Notes: generated by a model not told the origin, from the sequence alone. Counted from the stretch's first letter, positions 12,436 to 24,690 are shown. The stretch is 60,136 nt of DNA from Chiloscyllium plagiosum (GCF_004010195.1 NC_057718.1:25175955-25236090), one strand, 5' to 3'. Numbers and translations are program-made.

Positions 12436-12926
12436 CTATACTAACTCGTGTTTCCCTGCTCTTCAAAGATTGACTAGTTTCTGGCTCAAACTCGCCCTGT
12501 CAGTTCCGTGGTCAACACTGACAGCTTGTAAGAATTGTTCACATACTTAGACCTCACCCTGATTACAGTGGGTGGATGTCTAGTTTGCAATCACCAAAAT
12601 TGGATACTGAATGAATTTACCTCCATCAGAAGCACAGCAAGCAGAATGAAATCTTTTTTCAAACCATTGGAATATACTTCCCCAATGTTAAGGACCAGAC
12701 CAAACCTCCTCAAAATATATTAAGAAGCTAGCCTAGACCTTAACATTTTCTCTCTTTAAAGGCAAGTGTCAGGAATTGCATTCTGGATGCAATTAGATTG
12801 GTCAAACTACTAAATTTGAAGCAAAACACACTTTAAAATACAAGAGAAAGAAGAAATGGGAATATCTTAATTCTATTGGAAAACTTAACAGAATAGTTCA
12901 TTTTTAACTACTAAACAGTGATGGGG

Positions 12927-13762
12927 AGTCATAGAGATGTACAGCATGCAAACAGACCCTTCAGTCCAACTCGTCCATGCTGATCAGAATTAATCTAGTC
13001 CCATTTGCCAGCACTTGGCCCATATCCCTCTAAACCCTTCCTATTCAAGTACCCACCCAGATGTTATAAAAGTTATAATTGTACCAGCACCACCTCCTCT
13101 GGCAGCTCATTCCATAGATGCACCACCCTTTGCATGAAAACGTTGCCCCTTCAGTCACTTTTAAATCTTTCCCCTCTCACCCTAACCTTATGCCCTCTAG
13201 TTCTAGACTCTCCCAACCCAGGGAAAAGGCCTTGTCTATTTACTCTATCCATGCCCCTCATGAATTTATAAACCTCTATAAGGTCACTATAAGTTCTCTA
13301 TGGGGTAGCACGATGGCTCAGTGGTTAGCACTGCTGTCTCACAGTGCCAGGGACCCGGGTTCAATTCCAGGCTTGGACGGCTGTCCGTGTGGAGTTTGCA
13401 CATTCTCCCCATGTCTGTGTGGGTTTCCTCTGGGTGCTCCAGTTTCCTCCCACTGTACAGAGACAGTCAGGTTAGGTGAATTGGCTATGCTAAATTGCCG
13501 GTATGTTTCAGGGGTGTGCAGTTAGATGCATTAGTCAGGGGTAAATGTAGAGTAATAGGATAGGGGAATGGGTCCAGGTGGGTTACTTTTTGGAGGGTTG
13601 GTGTGGACTTGTTGGGCCAAATGGCCTGTTTTCACACCGTAGGAGTTCTTTAATTCACCACTCAGCCTCCGATGCTCCAGGGAAAACAGCCCCAGCCTAG
13701 ATCCAGCCCTCCCACCCTAGCAACATCCTTGTAAATCTTTTCTGAACCCTTTCAAGTTTCAC
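12927..13762 (-). mobile_element. CR1 (HER1-like) LINE 3' fragment, interrupted by a SINE
   Basis: CR1 3' end GAGTCATAGAGATGTACAGC...CCCTTC; reverse frame has MRGMDRVN..GLFP and RVQKRFTRML motifs. Confidence 0.8.
13302..13645 (+). mobile_element. tRNA-derived V-SINE (HE1-like)
   Basis: A box TGGCTCAGTGG, B box GGTTCAATTCC, V-domain GTGTGGAGTTTGCAC...GGGTTTCCTC, CR1-like tail. Confidence 0.9.
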
Positions 13763-15537
13763 AAAATCCTTACTATCAATAGGATCAGTTGCTCAACATG
13801 AAGTTGAATAGGACACTTGAGTTTGTGAAATGACTCACTCACATCCACGATGGCTGTAGATAGGAAGGGGATTACTGGCAATGGCACAGTATCTATGGCA
13901 CTGCCCAACAGTGATGACTTCACCCTAACATTTAGTTGGAGAAAATTGTGGCACATCCTTATCAGAATATCAGACAATAATCTGACAACAAAGAGATGGT
14001 GGAGAAATTAAAATCGATGTCAGTCATTGCAAAATATTTAAATTTTGCATCATGTTAGAAATCTTATATTCAATGTGACAAATGTGATTCACCGTCCAAA
14101 AAAGGTCCAGAAAGACTTTAAATTTTTCTTGTGACTCATTAACTCATTTTTTCTGGTAGCTTTTTCTCACTGCTCAAAGTACTAAGTTAATGATTTAGGT
14201 TAATGTTGCTGCTTAATGTGGGTAAAATTTAACTGACTGGATATATTATAAGTGTCATGAGACTGAATATGATGCATCATTTTAAGGAGAGAGAGAGAGA
14301 ATATATTTTCTGGGATAGTTTCATTCAGTTGGCGGGGAAAGCACTTTGTTATTAAATCTGGACACCGACAATTACTGGAACCCATTATTGATTATAGGGG
14401 TGAAAGGTTAATATTCACTCCATATTATTAGGGTGTTTAGTCCCAAGGCCCATTATATCTCATGGCATTTGCCAATCACAGTAGAGCTATTGAACACAGC
14501 AGAGGTTTGGACCCTGCGAATAAACTTGATGCTCAGCTGTAAAGCACTTCAGTTTTACCTATTAAACAACAATCACATATGTAGCCTTAGCAACTGAACA
14601 GTGCTGCACACATGTTGTCCATTTGATATAGGCACTGAAGAATGAGGGACTATTAAATAGATACTTTTCACATCTGCAGTTAAGATGCAGTTCTCTGATG
14701 CCATTCTGTGTCTGGACCCCATTACTCCATGGTGGGAGATCACTTGTTATACGTTCACTATCTGTTAACTCCTCACACTCTAACTTTGGCACTTCAGGTG
14801 CATTGAATAACCGCCAGCTCCCCTCTGCCTATCTTCTTCCTCCTAAAGTGTTCGAAGATTATGAAGCTGAGCTGCCATGTCATCAATAAGCGTGTGCAGC
14901 ACCACGAATAAGGAATAAATAATGGTACCTTATAGCATTAGGGAATTTATGCATTTGTTATTTGCAAGAAAATTTATATCTCTTGTGATTTGGCCTTCAT
15001 GACAAAGTTTCGAACAATGTCTCAGATGACGATATGTTGTGAAGCACTTCTCATCTATCAAAAGATCGGATGCTTTGTTTCAAGACTCAAATGACAACAG
15101 TCTGTAATAACTGGTATAGTTTTGCGCTACTCACTAAAGATTAATCAAGGTTGATGCAGAGTCATTGAGTTTTTACATTAAAGAACCCACCAGACATGAT
15201 TGTACTAAAAAAGACAATTCTGACTGCTGTTGAAGAAGCTCGGTGATATGCTGGTGCTGTTCACACAGCTGTTGTACATTGATGTATTAATTTACACAAC
15301 TAATAGAATAATGAACACAATTATTAAATCACTCTCTTATAGATTAGGAAATTCAGCAACTTATTTTAGGTAACCCCTTTTGTTAATCATGGATTATACG
15401 ATTTCCCACTGACAAGCAGGATCACCATTGACACTTGGCTCTATATGCATGGGAATGGGATAGGAGGACCATTATCTATATTGCAAGAAATATTAACATA
15501 ACCAGAGCGAAAACATCCTTCATATATACTTATGCAA

Positions 15538-15950
15538 ATCATCATCATCAGCGGTTCCTCGCAGATGAGGATGACTCTGTTCTACTCTCAGGATTGGTCT
15601 GTAGGTGGCTATACAGACTGATGTGGCTACTGCTGGCTCTGTTACCCTTGGGACAGCTGGTGGTCATGGGAAGGGGGTGGTTGGGGGTGTTGGTGTGGCA
15701 GTGCGCTTCTTTCGCTGTTTTTGCCTGGTTTCAATTTTTTTCCTGAGGGCAAGTGGTGCTCAATGCCTTCCTGGATGCTTTTCCTCCACTTGGGGCAGTC
15801 TTGGGTCAGTGGTTCCCAGGTGTCTGTAGGGATGCTGCCATGAGGGTATCACTGAAGTGCTTTCTCGGTCTACTTGGGGCTCGCCTGCCGTTTCGGAGCT
15901 GGGAGTAGAGCCCTTGATGGGGTGTCTTGTGTCGATCATGTGGATGATCT
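15538..15950 (-). mobile_element. RTE-clade LINE 3' fragment
   Basis: (CAT)n microsatellite tail at 15538-15550; reverse translation LYSQLRNGRRAPSRPRKHFSDTL resembles the RTE post-RT motif. Confidence 0.7.
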
Positions 15951-18166
15951 TATGCTAATGTAGATTTCTTGAAGGTTTAAGATGTAGAAAACTCCAACTT
16001 CTACTCCTTTGGATAAAATTACCAAGCAACCATTGTAGAGGTCCTTTGTTCTGTTCTTCAAACAGTCTTCATTTGTTGAGCATCTGTAACACTAGGGCAG
16101 ATGGAACCAAGTGATGGTCATATTAGGCAATATATCTGTGCAGTGCTCAGAAAATAATAGACTGAAATAAACAGCACAGGGTGCAACTGCTGTCACATTC
16201 AGTTAGTGATACATTGCAGGCAATTACCGAAAGGTCCACAAAGCATCTTCTCAGGTGGTGCATTTTTACTCTCCATTGCTAGGAAAGCCTTAGAAAAAAA
16301 ATGAAAAGAATATTTATAGTGGTACTTTTAAAGATGCTCAGAAAGCAAGCATACGCCATCACCTTCCATTTAAAAGAAAAGTCAAGCCTTTGAAGTGTAA
16401 CTACTGTCCATAGAGTATTGGCATGTAGAAGCTTTGCATCCCATTTAAGATTTCAATCTGGGTTCTGACTTCTCCAGTAATAACATCAGCTGGGATCATA
16501 ACAATGTGTACAGCTGAAGCATGAAACTCTAGTGCCAGGAATATGAATTTGTGAAAGTCTATCCTGATAAGAAATATTCCTGGTTTTCCTCTGTCCCTTG
16601 ATAAAAATGTAATAAATGCATTTAACATTTTGCTAGATGTACCAAGAAAATACCTTGTGCACCATTTCCTTTGAAGAAATGTGACTGCTGGAAATTAAAA
16701 GCATTTTTTTTTAATGTTGGCATTATAAAGCAGATCTGGCAATATCTGTGGAGATTCAGAAGAGCTCTTGCCTGCATTTATCTGAATCTCACAATTTTTT
16801 TGTAGTATTGTAGTTATCTGTAATTTCCAGCCTGACATAAATGTTATTTTGTTGGTTGTTACCACAGCCTTAGTGCAGTAATTGGCGTTGTATTTTTCTC
16901 TAGCTTTTTTCAAGCATCCCTCAGTCCATGTCTCTATGTTGCCCACCCACCTGGCTTTCATTCTTGCTCTTCCTCTTCAATCTCTCAATTCCTCCTTCCA
17001 TTTTTGACAGGACAAGGTCATTGTTTCTAATGTCCATACTTGGTTATCTTTTTCTAACTTCATTTGACCAGGCGAGGACGGGTGAATCATTCTCATTTTG
17101 ACCTGCTTAATTAGCCACAAAGATTTCAAATTTTTCTGTAGCACGCAACTGCATTACTCTTCAATTAAAATGCTCACTAATTAAAAATTAAGGAGCTAAT
17201 GACATGGTAAACAAAAGAAAGGAATTCGAGTACATCAATCCCTGAGAAATAATTAAATGTGACATCAAGCACGCACACAAACACAGTTATAATGTTTTTA
17301 AAAAGGTAAGTATCTACTATTAAAAAAATATGCAATTTAAAAATTGTTTGGAATCCTTGAGAAGTTAGATTTATCCTGAGACAATTTGCAGATATCATTA
17401 AGTTTTCAGTGAATGGATATTTCTTCAGTTTCCTTGATCATCAAGCAATGTTTTTCAATAGACTGAGATCAAAAACATGGAGAAAGTATATGCAGGTTTT
17501 CCAGTTCTGCTCTCTCATCAACTTGCTCCCTCCTCTACCCAAAAGTGATTGCCTGAAATATAAATAAAATGTATGTTCCCATGTCTGGCTCCATCTTTTT
17601 CCAAGCTAGATCACCTGCAGGCAATTCTTTCATCCCAATATGAGAAACTTCAAGAACAGAGCCTGACTGATTTTTAAAATCATTTTGATGATGTGCTAAT
17701 CTCAGTTCAGAGTGTGCCTTATTAATTGGTGATGTCATGAGCTCTACCCAGCCTGATCAGGTGATTGCTGTGGCCATGTTTTTTGACCTTCTAAAATGAT
17801 GGCCCATAAAATGATGGAATTCAAATTGATAGTCCATTGTTATTATGACAAACATAGCAAGTGTTTTGTTTTCAAAAGCTGCATTCCTTGCCTGGCCCTC
17901 CTTTACTCAAGAATCCAACTTGCATCCACTGTGCAACAATCCACACTTCTGACTGTACTGACCTTTATTCTTTAGCTGAATGCTATTACATTTATATATC
18001 CTGACAGCATTTAAGTCACTGGTCATACTTCTTGTTAACATGTGACAAGCTATGGGAAAAACATGAAAGGCAAAAGAAAAGCCAATAAAACAAACCAAGG
18101 AAGCAACCTTATGGTATCCATTTAGACACTTCTAAAAATAAAAACAAATCTTCAAGGGTTGGAGTT

Positions 18167-18395
18167 ATACAATCTTATTGCAAAATGGGAAACAATTTTC
18201 ATGGCTAATCCCCAGACGTGATGAAAAGAGGTCCAGCCAAGGAAAGCATCTTTGGAAATGCGGGTATGATGGTGGATGCTCATACAATCTTATTGCAAAA
18301 TGGGAAACAATTTTCATGGCTAATCCCAGACGTGATGAAAAGAGGTCCAGCCAAGGAAAGCATCTTTGGAAATGCGGGTATGATGGTGGATGCTC
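18167..18395. repeat. Tandem duplication, 115 + 114 bp
   Basis: 18167-18281 and 18282-18395 are identical except for one C in a homopolymer run. Confidence 0.95.
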
Positions 18396-18569
18396 AGAGT
18401 CAGCTGGAAGAATGGATAGAAATACTGTGGTTCAGATCTAAAGTGAAGTTTAGAAGTCCAAACATTTGCTAGATACACTAAGTTAGTGATAACAATAGAC
18501 TATCAATTTGACTTCCAGCGCGATTATTTTTAATTCCTACAACCTTTTTAATGGACCATTGTTTTAGAA

Positions 18570-18682
18570 AGCATCTGAGAAGCAGGAAAGTCAATGTTTC
18601 GAGCAGATACCCTTTATCAGTCCTGCTGAAGGGTTTTAGCCCGAAACGTTAACGCTCCTGCTTCTTAGATGCTGTCTGACCT
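18570..18682. mobile_element. Degenerate head-to-head Penelope-terminus pair
   Basis: AGCATCTGAGAAGCAGGA / TCCTGCTTCTTAGATGCT inverted arms enclose decayed hammerhead-like cores (CTGCTGAAGGG...CCCGAAACGTT). Confidence 0.7.
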
Positions 18683-19883
18683 TCACATCCAATAACAAAA
18701 CTAGCCTGAAAAAGTTGCATTTATGGTGAATGTTAAGTACTTTTAATTCAAGAAAAGATTGTGTTGTGTTATAGTTTAAGATATTTTAGTTTCTACCTTC
18801 ATCCCATGAATACATCTATCCATAATCTGCTGCGTACATAAAATTTAACTGGTTTATTTTACTGTCTTTACTTCCTGTTTGGAAATCTACGAAACTCCGT
18901 CAATGCAACAGACTGTTCAGATGGCCAACTTGCATGATTTTAATTTCATTGTTGAGCTTTCCCATTTAAGAACACTTGAATTAGTTGCAGCACCACTGCA
19001 CAGGAAGAGAGATAATCCACTGTGTGTGATCATTAGATTTCAACAAGAATAACTTCAATGTCAGTGGCACTCATCTTTGCTCTACCATTGACTGCAAATA
19101 CCTGGCCTCAAGCTTTTCACAGTCCAACAGCCTTCTTACAATTTAGATTAAGACAACTTTGAATTTCAAGTTCTTAATATATTTTCCCCAGTGGAGGTAG
19201 CAAATAGAATGTGGAGTTTACAGCAAGTGCATAGAGTCCAAGAACATACCACTATTAGTGAAAGTCTTGGTATAGAGAGAATTTGAAAAAAGGTGACTGG
19301 TGAGGAACATCGCAAAGCATTGAGATATCCCATTCCACTGTTTAACTTAAATTAAAAGCAGAGAGTGGGAAAACAGTGTTGGTTACATTTTCTGTGAAAG
19401 AACAGTGATGGAGCAGGTGTGCACTCCATAACATTCCTGACTGATAACAGAGTGGTGTTGCTGGAGGGAGTAACCTTAAGCATAATTAGGAATTATATTA
19501 CACTAGATAAACTTATTACTCTCAAAAGCAAATTTAAGATGTTTCATAAAAGGTAGTACCACAAAATGCTATGAATTTTGTAAATTTCCTACTTCCAAAA
19601 TGTAGGACTATGTTGAAAACACCACACTTAAACATCACAATTATTTTTTTAAAAAAACTGGCTCTGTAAATAGCAAAAATAACATTAAAACTGAATTGGA
19701 GAAAAATAACACCTGATCTTTAAAAGGGTCATATAATTTATAACTGCTTTTTCCTCAAGGATTTACTGTAAACTGCTACAGAAACCATGGCATGATGGAC
19801 AGTGATATTTACAGGACACACTCTGCTTACTATAAGAAAAGTTCACCCCACACTGTTCAACAATATTTACTTTTATTTTTGCT

Positions 19884-20165
19884 TTATGCTCTTTCTGACT
19901 TTAATGGCCTCACTTGTATGACATTTGGGTTTGTGGAATTGTCATCAGCAGCGCTATCCATATCCCAAGTTTCATCACTAGTTATGATAAAAATGATTGA
20001 GGAGGAACTGAAAGTCACTCTCTTTTTAGGCCGCTCTGCAACCTTTTCAGACAAGACGATAGGTTTTCCTGGCTTCTCACCGCGGACTCGAACAGCATGA
20101 TCTTTTATTATCCACTTAATTCTCATCAAGCGAGAGCAAAGCAATTGCATTAGACACCATCGATA
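19884..20165 (-). CDS. opn3: Opsin 3 exon 4 (terminal coding exon)
   Basis: Acceptor ctctttacAG|TAT; encodes YRWCLMQLLC...RPKKRVTFSSSSIIFIITSDE...VIQVRPLKSERA*; the KKRVTFSSSSIIFIITSD and IQVRPL motifs are OPN3-diagnostic; 282 nt including TAA. Confidence 0.96.
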   Translation of the reverse strand, partial: YRWCLMQLLCSRLMRIKWIIKDHAVRVRGEKPGKPIVLSEKVAERPKKRVTFSSSSIIFIITSDETWDMDSAADDNSTNPNVIQVRPLKSERA

Positions 20166-20309
20166 CTGTAAAGAGTCACAAAGAGAAAGTATTTTAAACA
20201 TTGATCATTATTTATTTTCAGCTTGGTTTTGTGAACATTAGTCAAATGGCAAGTAGGTGAAAAAAAAAATATAGCATTCCTTCCCCTAATTGTTTTCTAG
20301 GAGACTTTA

Positions 20310-20705
20310 CATAGACAAGAACTAGGAGTTGGCAACTCAGTCCTTTATTTAATGTGATCATGGCTGATCTCATCTGGCCTCAACTCCACTGTCATGCCCA
20401 CTCCCCGTAACCCTTGAACCCATAACCAAGTTAAAAAAAAGTCCATAACCAATTTAAAAAAAAGTCAAGTCAGTCATCTCAAAAATTTATTCAGTGTCAG
20501 GATGAGGTTGTAAATGCCACATGGTCACAACCATATGTGCAATAATTTCTCCTTATCGGTTTGAAATTTGCCATTCCTTAGCTTAAGACCAAGGCCTCTT
20601 GTTCTAGATTTCCCCACAAGGGGGAATCATCCACCCAACATCCACTTTTGTCAATCCTTTTTATTATCTTATATAACCAAATGAGACCTCCTCTCATTCG
20701 TATAA
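20310..20705 (-). mobile_element. CR1 LINE 3' fragment, old
   Basis: CATAGA..AGAACTAGGAGT.GGC tail and TCTAGATTTCCCCACAAGGGGAA, typical of shark CR1 3' ends. Confidence 0.6.
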
Positions 20706-21468
20706 AACGCGAAGTGAGTATTAAAACTTTGCTGGGAAATTAAATACACCAAACAACAGCTGAGGAAACAATTTCATTTAGTTGTTATACTCCAGTTTTG
20801 CATCACTTGCAACACCTCGGTTGAAGCCACCAATGAACAATGGCCTCTTAGCAGATGGTACAGTGTTGCAAGAAACATAATGGGTGACGTGAAATCCTTG
20901 TAGAAAAGAGGGACAGGAGAACATTAATTTCCCAATGTGCTTCTCTCCCAACTGCAAACTGACTGTTACTGGCTATTCCTTTGGTACTTTATAGTCATTG
21001 GGAGTCTAGGCAACAAAAGGTTAGGAGGCAGTTTAAAAGGTGTGCCCAACGCAATGTCCACTGTTCCAGAGTTAACTCCAAGGTTTGGAATGTTGTGGTT
21101 CAAGTCATTTTCAGAAAGATGAGACAAATGGCTTTTATTATCTCATCCCAAACTAATACAACCTACACCTCTAGTGGAGCATGAGTAAATGGTGGGTCTT
21201 ATTAACCTTCTGCTGGCTAATCACCAAAAGTCAATGGACAGCCATCCAACTAGCCATAAACCGAGTGGGCAAAGGAACACAGGTTTAGTCTACTCTTCAG
21301 CCAAGAAGAAATGTAAAGTAACCCACTGTGATAAGGGAAGCTTAATTTGATTACATCTTTTACTTGAATACTCATTTGTTGCTTGTGAAATTAATATTAA
21401 ATAATTTGCACAAGCCTGGTCTCAAAGCATGCAGGTCTTCCTTTGAAAAGGTTGGCAAAATGCACAGT

Positions 21469-21750
21469 GGGCAGCACAGTGGCTTAATGGTTAGCACTGC
21501 TGCCTCACACCACCAGGGAGCTGGGTTCAATTCCAGCCTCGCACGACTGTGTGGAGTTTGGACATTCTCCCGGTGTCTGTGTGGGTTTAGTCCTGGGTGC
21601 TCCAGTTTCCTCCCACAGTCCAAAGACATGCAGGTTAGGTGCATTAGTCAGGGGTAAATCTAGAGTAATAGTGTAGAGGAATGGATCTGGGTAGGTTACT
21701 CTTCAGTGGGCCAGTGTGGACTTGTGAAAACAGGCCATTCGAGCCAACAA
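21469..21750 (+). mobile_element. V-SINE (HE1-like) with inverted 3' tail
   Basis: A/B boxes and V-domain present; the last ~28 nt are the reverse complement of the normal tail. Confidence 0.88.
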
Positions 21751-22061
21751 TGTGGCGAAAGACAGGTTTACAAATTCAGATTCACAATCAAAAGTACTAT
21801 TCTTAGAACACTCACTAGGTAATTCCGATTGATTTCCCATTTTGCAATGCAGCAGTTCTAAGGCCAATTGTAGCTTTTTTTAAAAAAAAAACCACTCCAG
21901 CAGAAACTATTAACTTATAAACCAGGAGTCAACAGATTAAACATTTGTAAATCTGTAAGACAGCCACAATCTGGAAAAAGTGAATTATTAACAGAATGCA
22001 AAAATATTTGGAGGTGGTGTTACTTCTATGGTTAGAAAAGAAAAAAAATATACCAACATAC

Positions 22062-22313
22062 CTTTCTGCTCATGAAGAGGTAAATGATATGATTATATGC
22101 TGTGCTTGACTTGGCAAGTAGTGAAAGAATTATGGTTACAGTAGGAGTAATCTTAGAGGCATAGCCATAAACCAACATGAAGGACAACATTGCATATGGC
22201 ACCCAACAAAACAAAAATATGGTGATCATGAAGAAGCACATCTTTGCCATATTCTTCTCATATGTTACTATCTTTGCAAGTCGAACTGACTGAAGGTCTT
22301 GAATATTTCGAAG
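22062..22313 (-). CDS. opn3: Opsin 3 exon 3 (TM6-TM7, Schiff-base lysine)
   Basis: Acceptor tctttgcAG|CTT, donor AAG|GTatgt; 252 nt, phase 0/0; CWVPY and LAKSSTAYNHIIY; retinal-binding Lys codon at 22112-22110. Confidence 0.97.
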
Positions 22314-24370
22314 CTGCAAAGACAAGAGGTATCATAAGCAGTTATACCTTGGAACGGACTAACCTGGCAAGTTCTCTCATGCTTCTCTCCTCCTGCCCAC
22401 CCATGCCATACCAAGCCCAATCCCATATCTCCAGGTTTTTTTAAAAACCTGGATTTTGAGATATTAGCGGAACTGGCAATAAATGTGTGCATTTATATAG
22501 AACTGAATGGCTTGCTGGCTCATTTCAGACAGCAGTTACGGATCCATCATATTTGGCCAACCAGGTAAATATCTATAGATTTCCTGCCCTGAAGGTGGTT
22601 CAAAGTTCAGATGGCTTTTTAGAAGAACAATTACTGATTAAGATTTTTAAGTTTTAAAACAAACTGTATCAGATTTAATTAAAATGAATGTAAATTCACC
22701 AGTTGCTGTGACAGGATTGAAATTTTTGTCCCTGGCTTATTAGCCCAGACGCAGTAATTTAACCCATTAAACAGAATAATGATGTCACTGCAGTCCCATT
22801 TGCAGACTCTAAGAAATTTTAAAACAAAAATTACTGATTTCACCCTACTGTTCTAACTTCGATCAATTATATAGTTTTACAGGTTTCCTATTATCTATTT
22901 GTCATGTACAACACCAATAAACTTTCAAATATGGCAATTAAAACAAGTGATTGAATGGGAATACTGGTTATGATCCCCACACCTTCTCTCATCTAGGAAT
23001 TTGGAGACCCTTTATCACTGGCTCGTCCGAATAATTAATCATTCTGCTGATACATTTACCTCTTCAAGAAAACATTGCATAATAATTTTGAAATGCATAC
23101 ATAATAGACATTCAATGAATTCATCTGGTCTCTAACCTACAATCCTTGATAAACCCTGAGTAAAGAAGAGTGATTTCAGATGGGCAAATAGAAAGCGAGT
23201 TTGTAAAACCAGACAACATTTGCCACAAATGTTCATTAAAATGCTGGTGCCTATTACATGAGCCTGGAGATTGATAGATGTGGAATTGCTAAGTGAGAAG
23301 TTTCAACTGACTTTGGCTCCACAACATAGGACTTTCTTTTGAAAAAAAAAAATTGCCTCCTCCCCAGCACACAAAAGTCAACCTGACTGACAGCGTGGCA
23401 GTTGAATCAGACCAGAGCAACAAGCAAGGTGCTAGATGCTTATGTAAACTTGGAAGTGGTGGAGGACAGTTAGAGGGGAGGCCGTCAAATTCCAGAGAAA
23501 GAAGCAATCGAGGGAAAAAAAAACAAAGTTGCTGGAAGCAGCAGGTCAGGGAAGTATTCCTGTGCTTTGCTGCTCCCTTAACATTGCTGCAATGACACTT
23601 AGTTCATTGGGCTGAGGCCAACATCAGGGCAGTCAGGTTCTAAGGCTTGGGAAAAAAGGTAGGCCAGAATTACACATGAAATACAGGTTAGCTTAGAGAC
23701 TTCAGCCTCATAATATTTAATTAAACAACCCATCTCATGGGAGAAAACTGGCTAGCCACCCCCATCCCATCTTTATTAAACCTAGAAGTGTATGGCTTGG
23801 GATAGAAGGATGGAGATTTTTAAAATTAAAATATCTCACTTGACCCCAACTTACTTTAGTAGGCCTGGAGGCTTCCTAGGTTCAATATTTCCAGCAATAT
23901 CATCAACAGGTTGTGTAAAAGCATGAAATGCTTCCTTTTTATTTAATTAAGCAAAACATTAACTGTATAAGAAAGGTACAAACAGGGAGGTGACAGCTGC
24001 CGTGAGCATCATTCATAGAATACTCAAGGCAGTTACGAGGAATGATCAAAAATATCTGGACTCGGACCACACTCATTAGGAGGTACACAAAAAGATGCTA
24101 AGTAATTTATTTTCAGGCACAAGTAAGCATTCCCAGTCCCAGAAATGGCAGATGGAGATAGGTGCATGTCTTTTTCAGGAAGTACTTATCATGTTGGAGA
24201 AACAAAACAACCTTTCCCCAGGTTTTGAGATGTCCCTTTAAGATGACCTGATTTGGCACAAACCAACTTCACGTTGAAAGCATGCTCGGTCATTTTACAG
24301 CGTTCACTTTGGCTTTTCCCTTACAAACATTGCATACTTTGAAAGATAGAAAACAACTTGTCTTACCTAC

Positions 24371-24690
24371 CATTCTTATACTATATAAAATATTTCCATA
24401 GCAGTAAGCTATGACACCTACAGGGACAAGCAGACAGCCAAGGAATAAGAGGAGAACATACGAGGTATCACTTGGGTTCCTGGAGTCCCAGTTCACTGAG
24501 CAACCTAGCTTATGCAGCTCCAGAGAGTATTTGTTCCAACCGACTAATGGTGCTCCGGACCAGGCCAGCGAGTAAAGCCAGATGTAGGTGATAGCACGCC
24601 AAACCCAGGAAAAGTCAATTGCTTTTGCGTTCACCACCCGGATGTAGCGCTCATATGCTAGGACTGCAAGTGACATTATTGATGAAATTC
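24371..24690 (-). CDS. opn3: Opsin 3 exon 2 (TM3-TM5)
   Basis: Acceptor ctccacAG|GA, donor ATG|GTaggt; 320 nt; ERY motif, GWNKY, Glu181-equivalent, ECL2 Cys (LGCSVNW), YCY. Confidence 0.97.

Noticed and set aside
13302-13375. tRNA genes at SINE heads
   Set aside because: The A/B boxes continue into V-domain SINE bodies and no complete acceptor stem is evident.
12440-19800. KMO 3' exons expected tail-to-tail with OPN3 from human synteny
   Set aside because: I found no KMO-like peptide (for example VTFSRIRYHEA or MRxHVNS) by eye or in the ORF track; absence is not proven without tBLASTn.
19792-20100. 102-aa plus-strand ORF antisense to opn3 exon 4 (likewise 37527-37781 against exon 1)
   Set aside because: Shadow ORFs of the real coding strand with no independent support.
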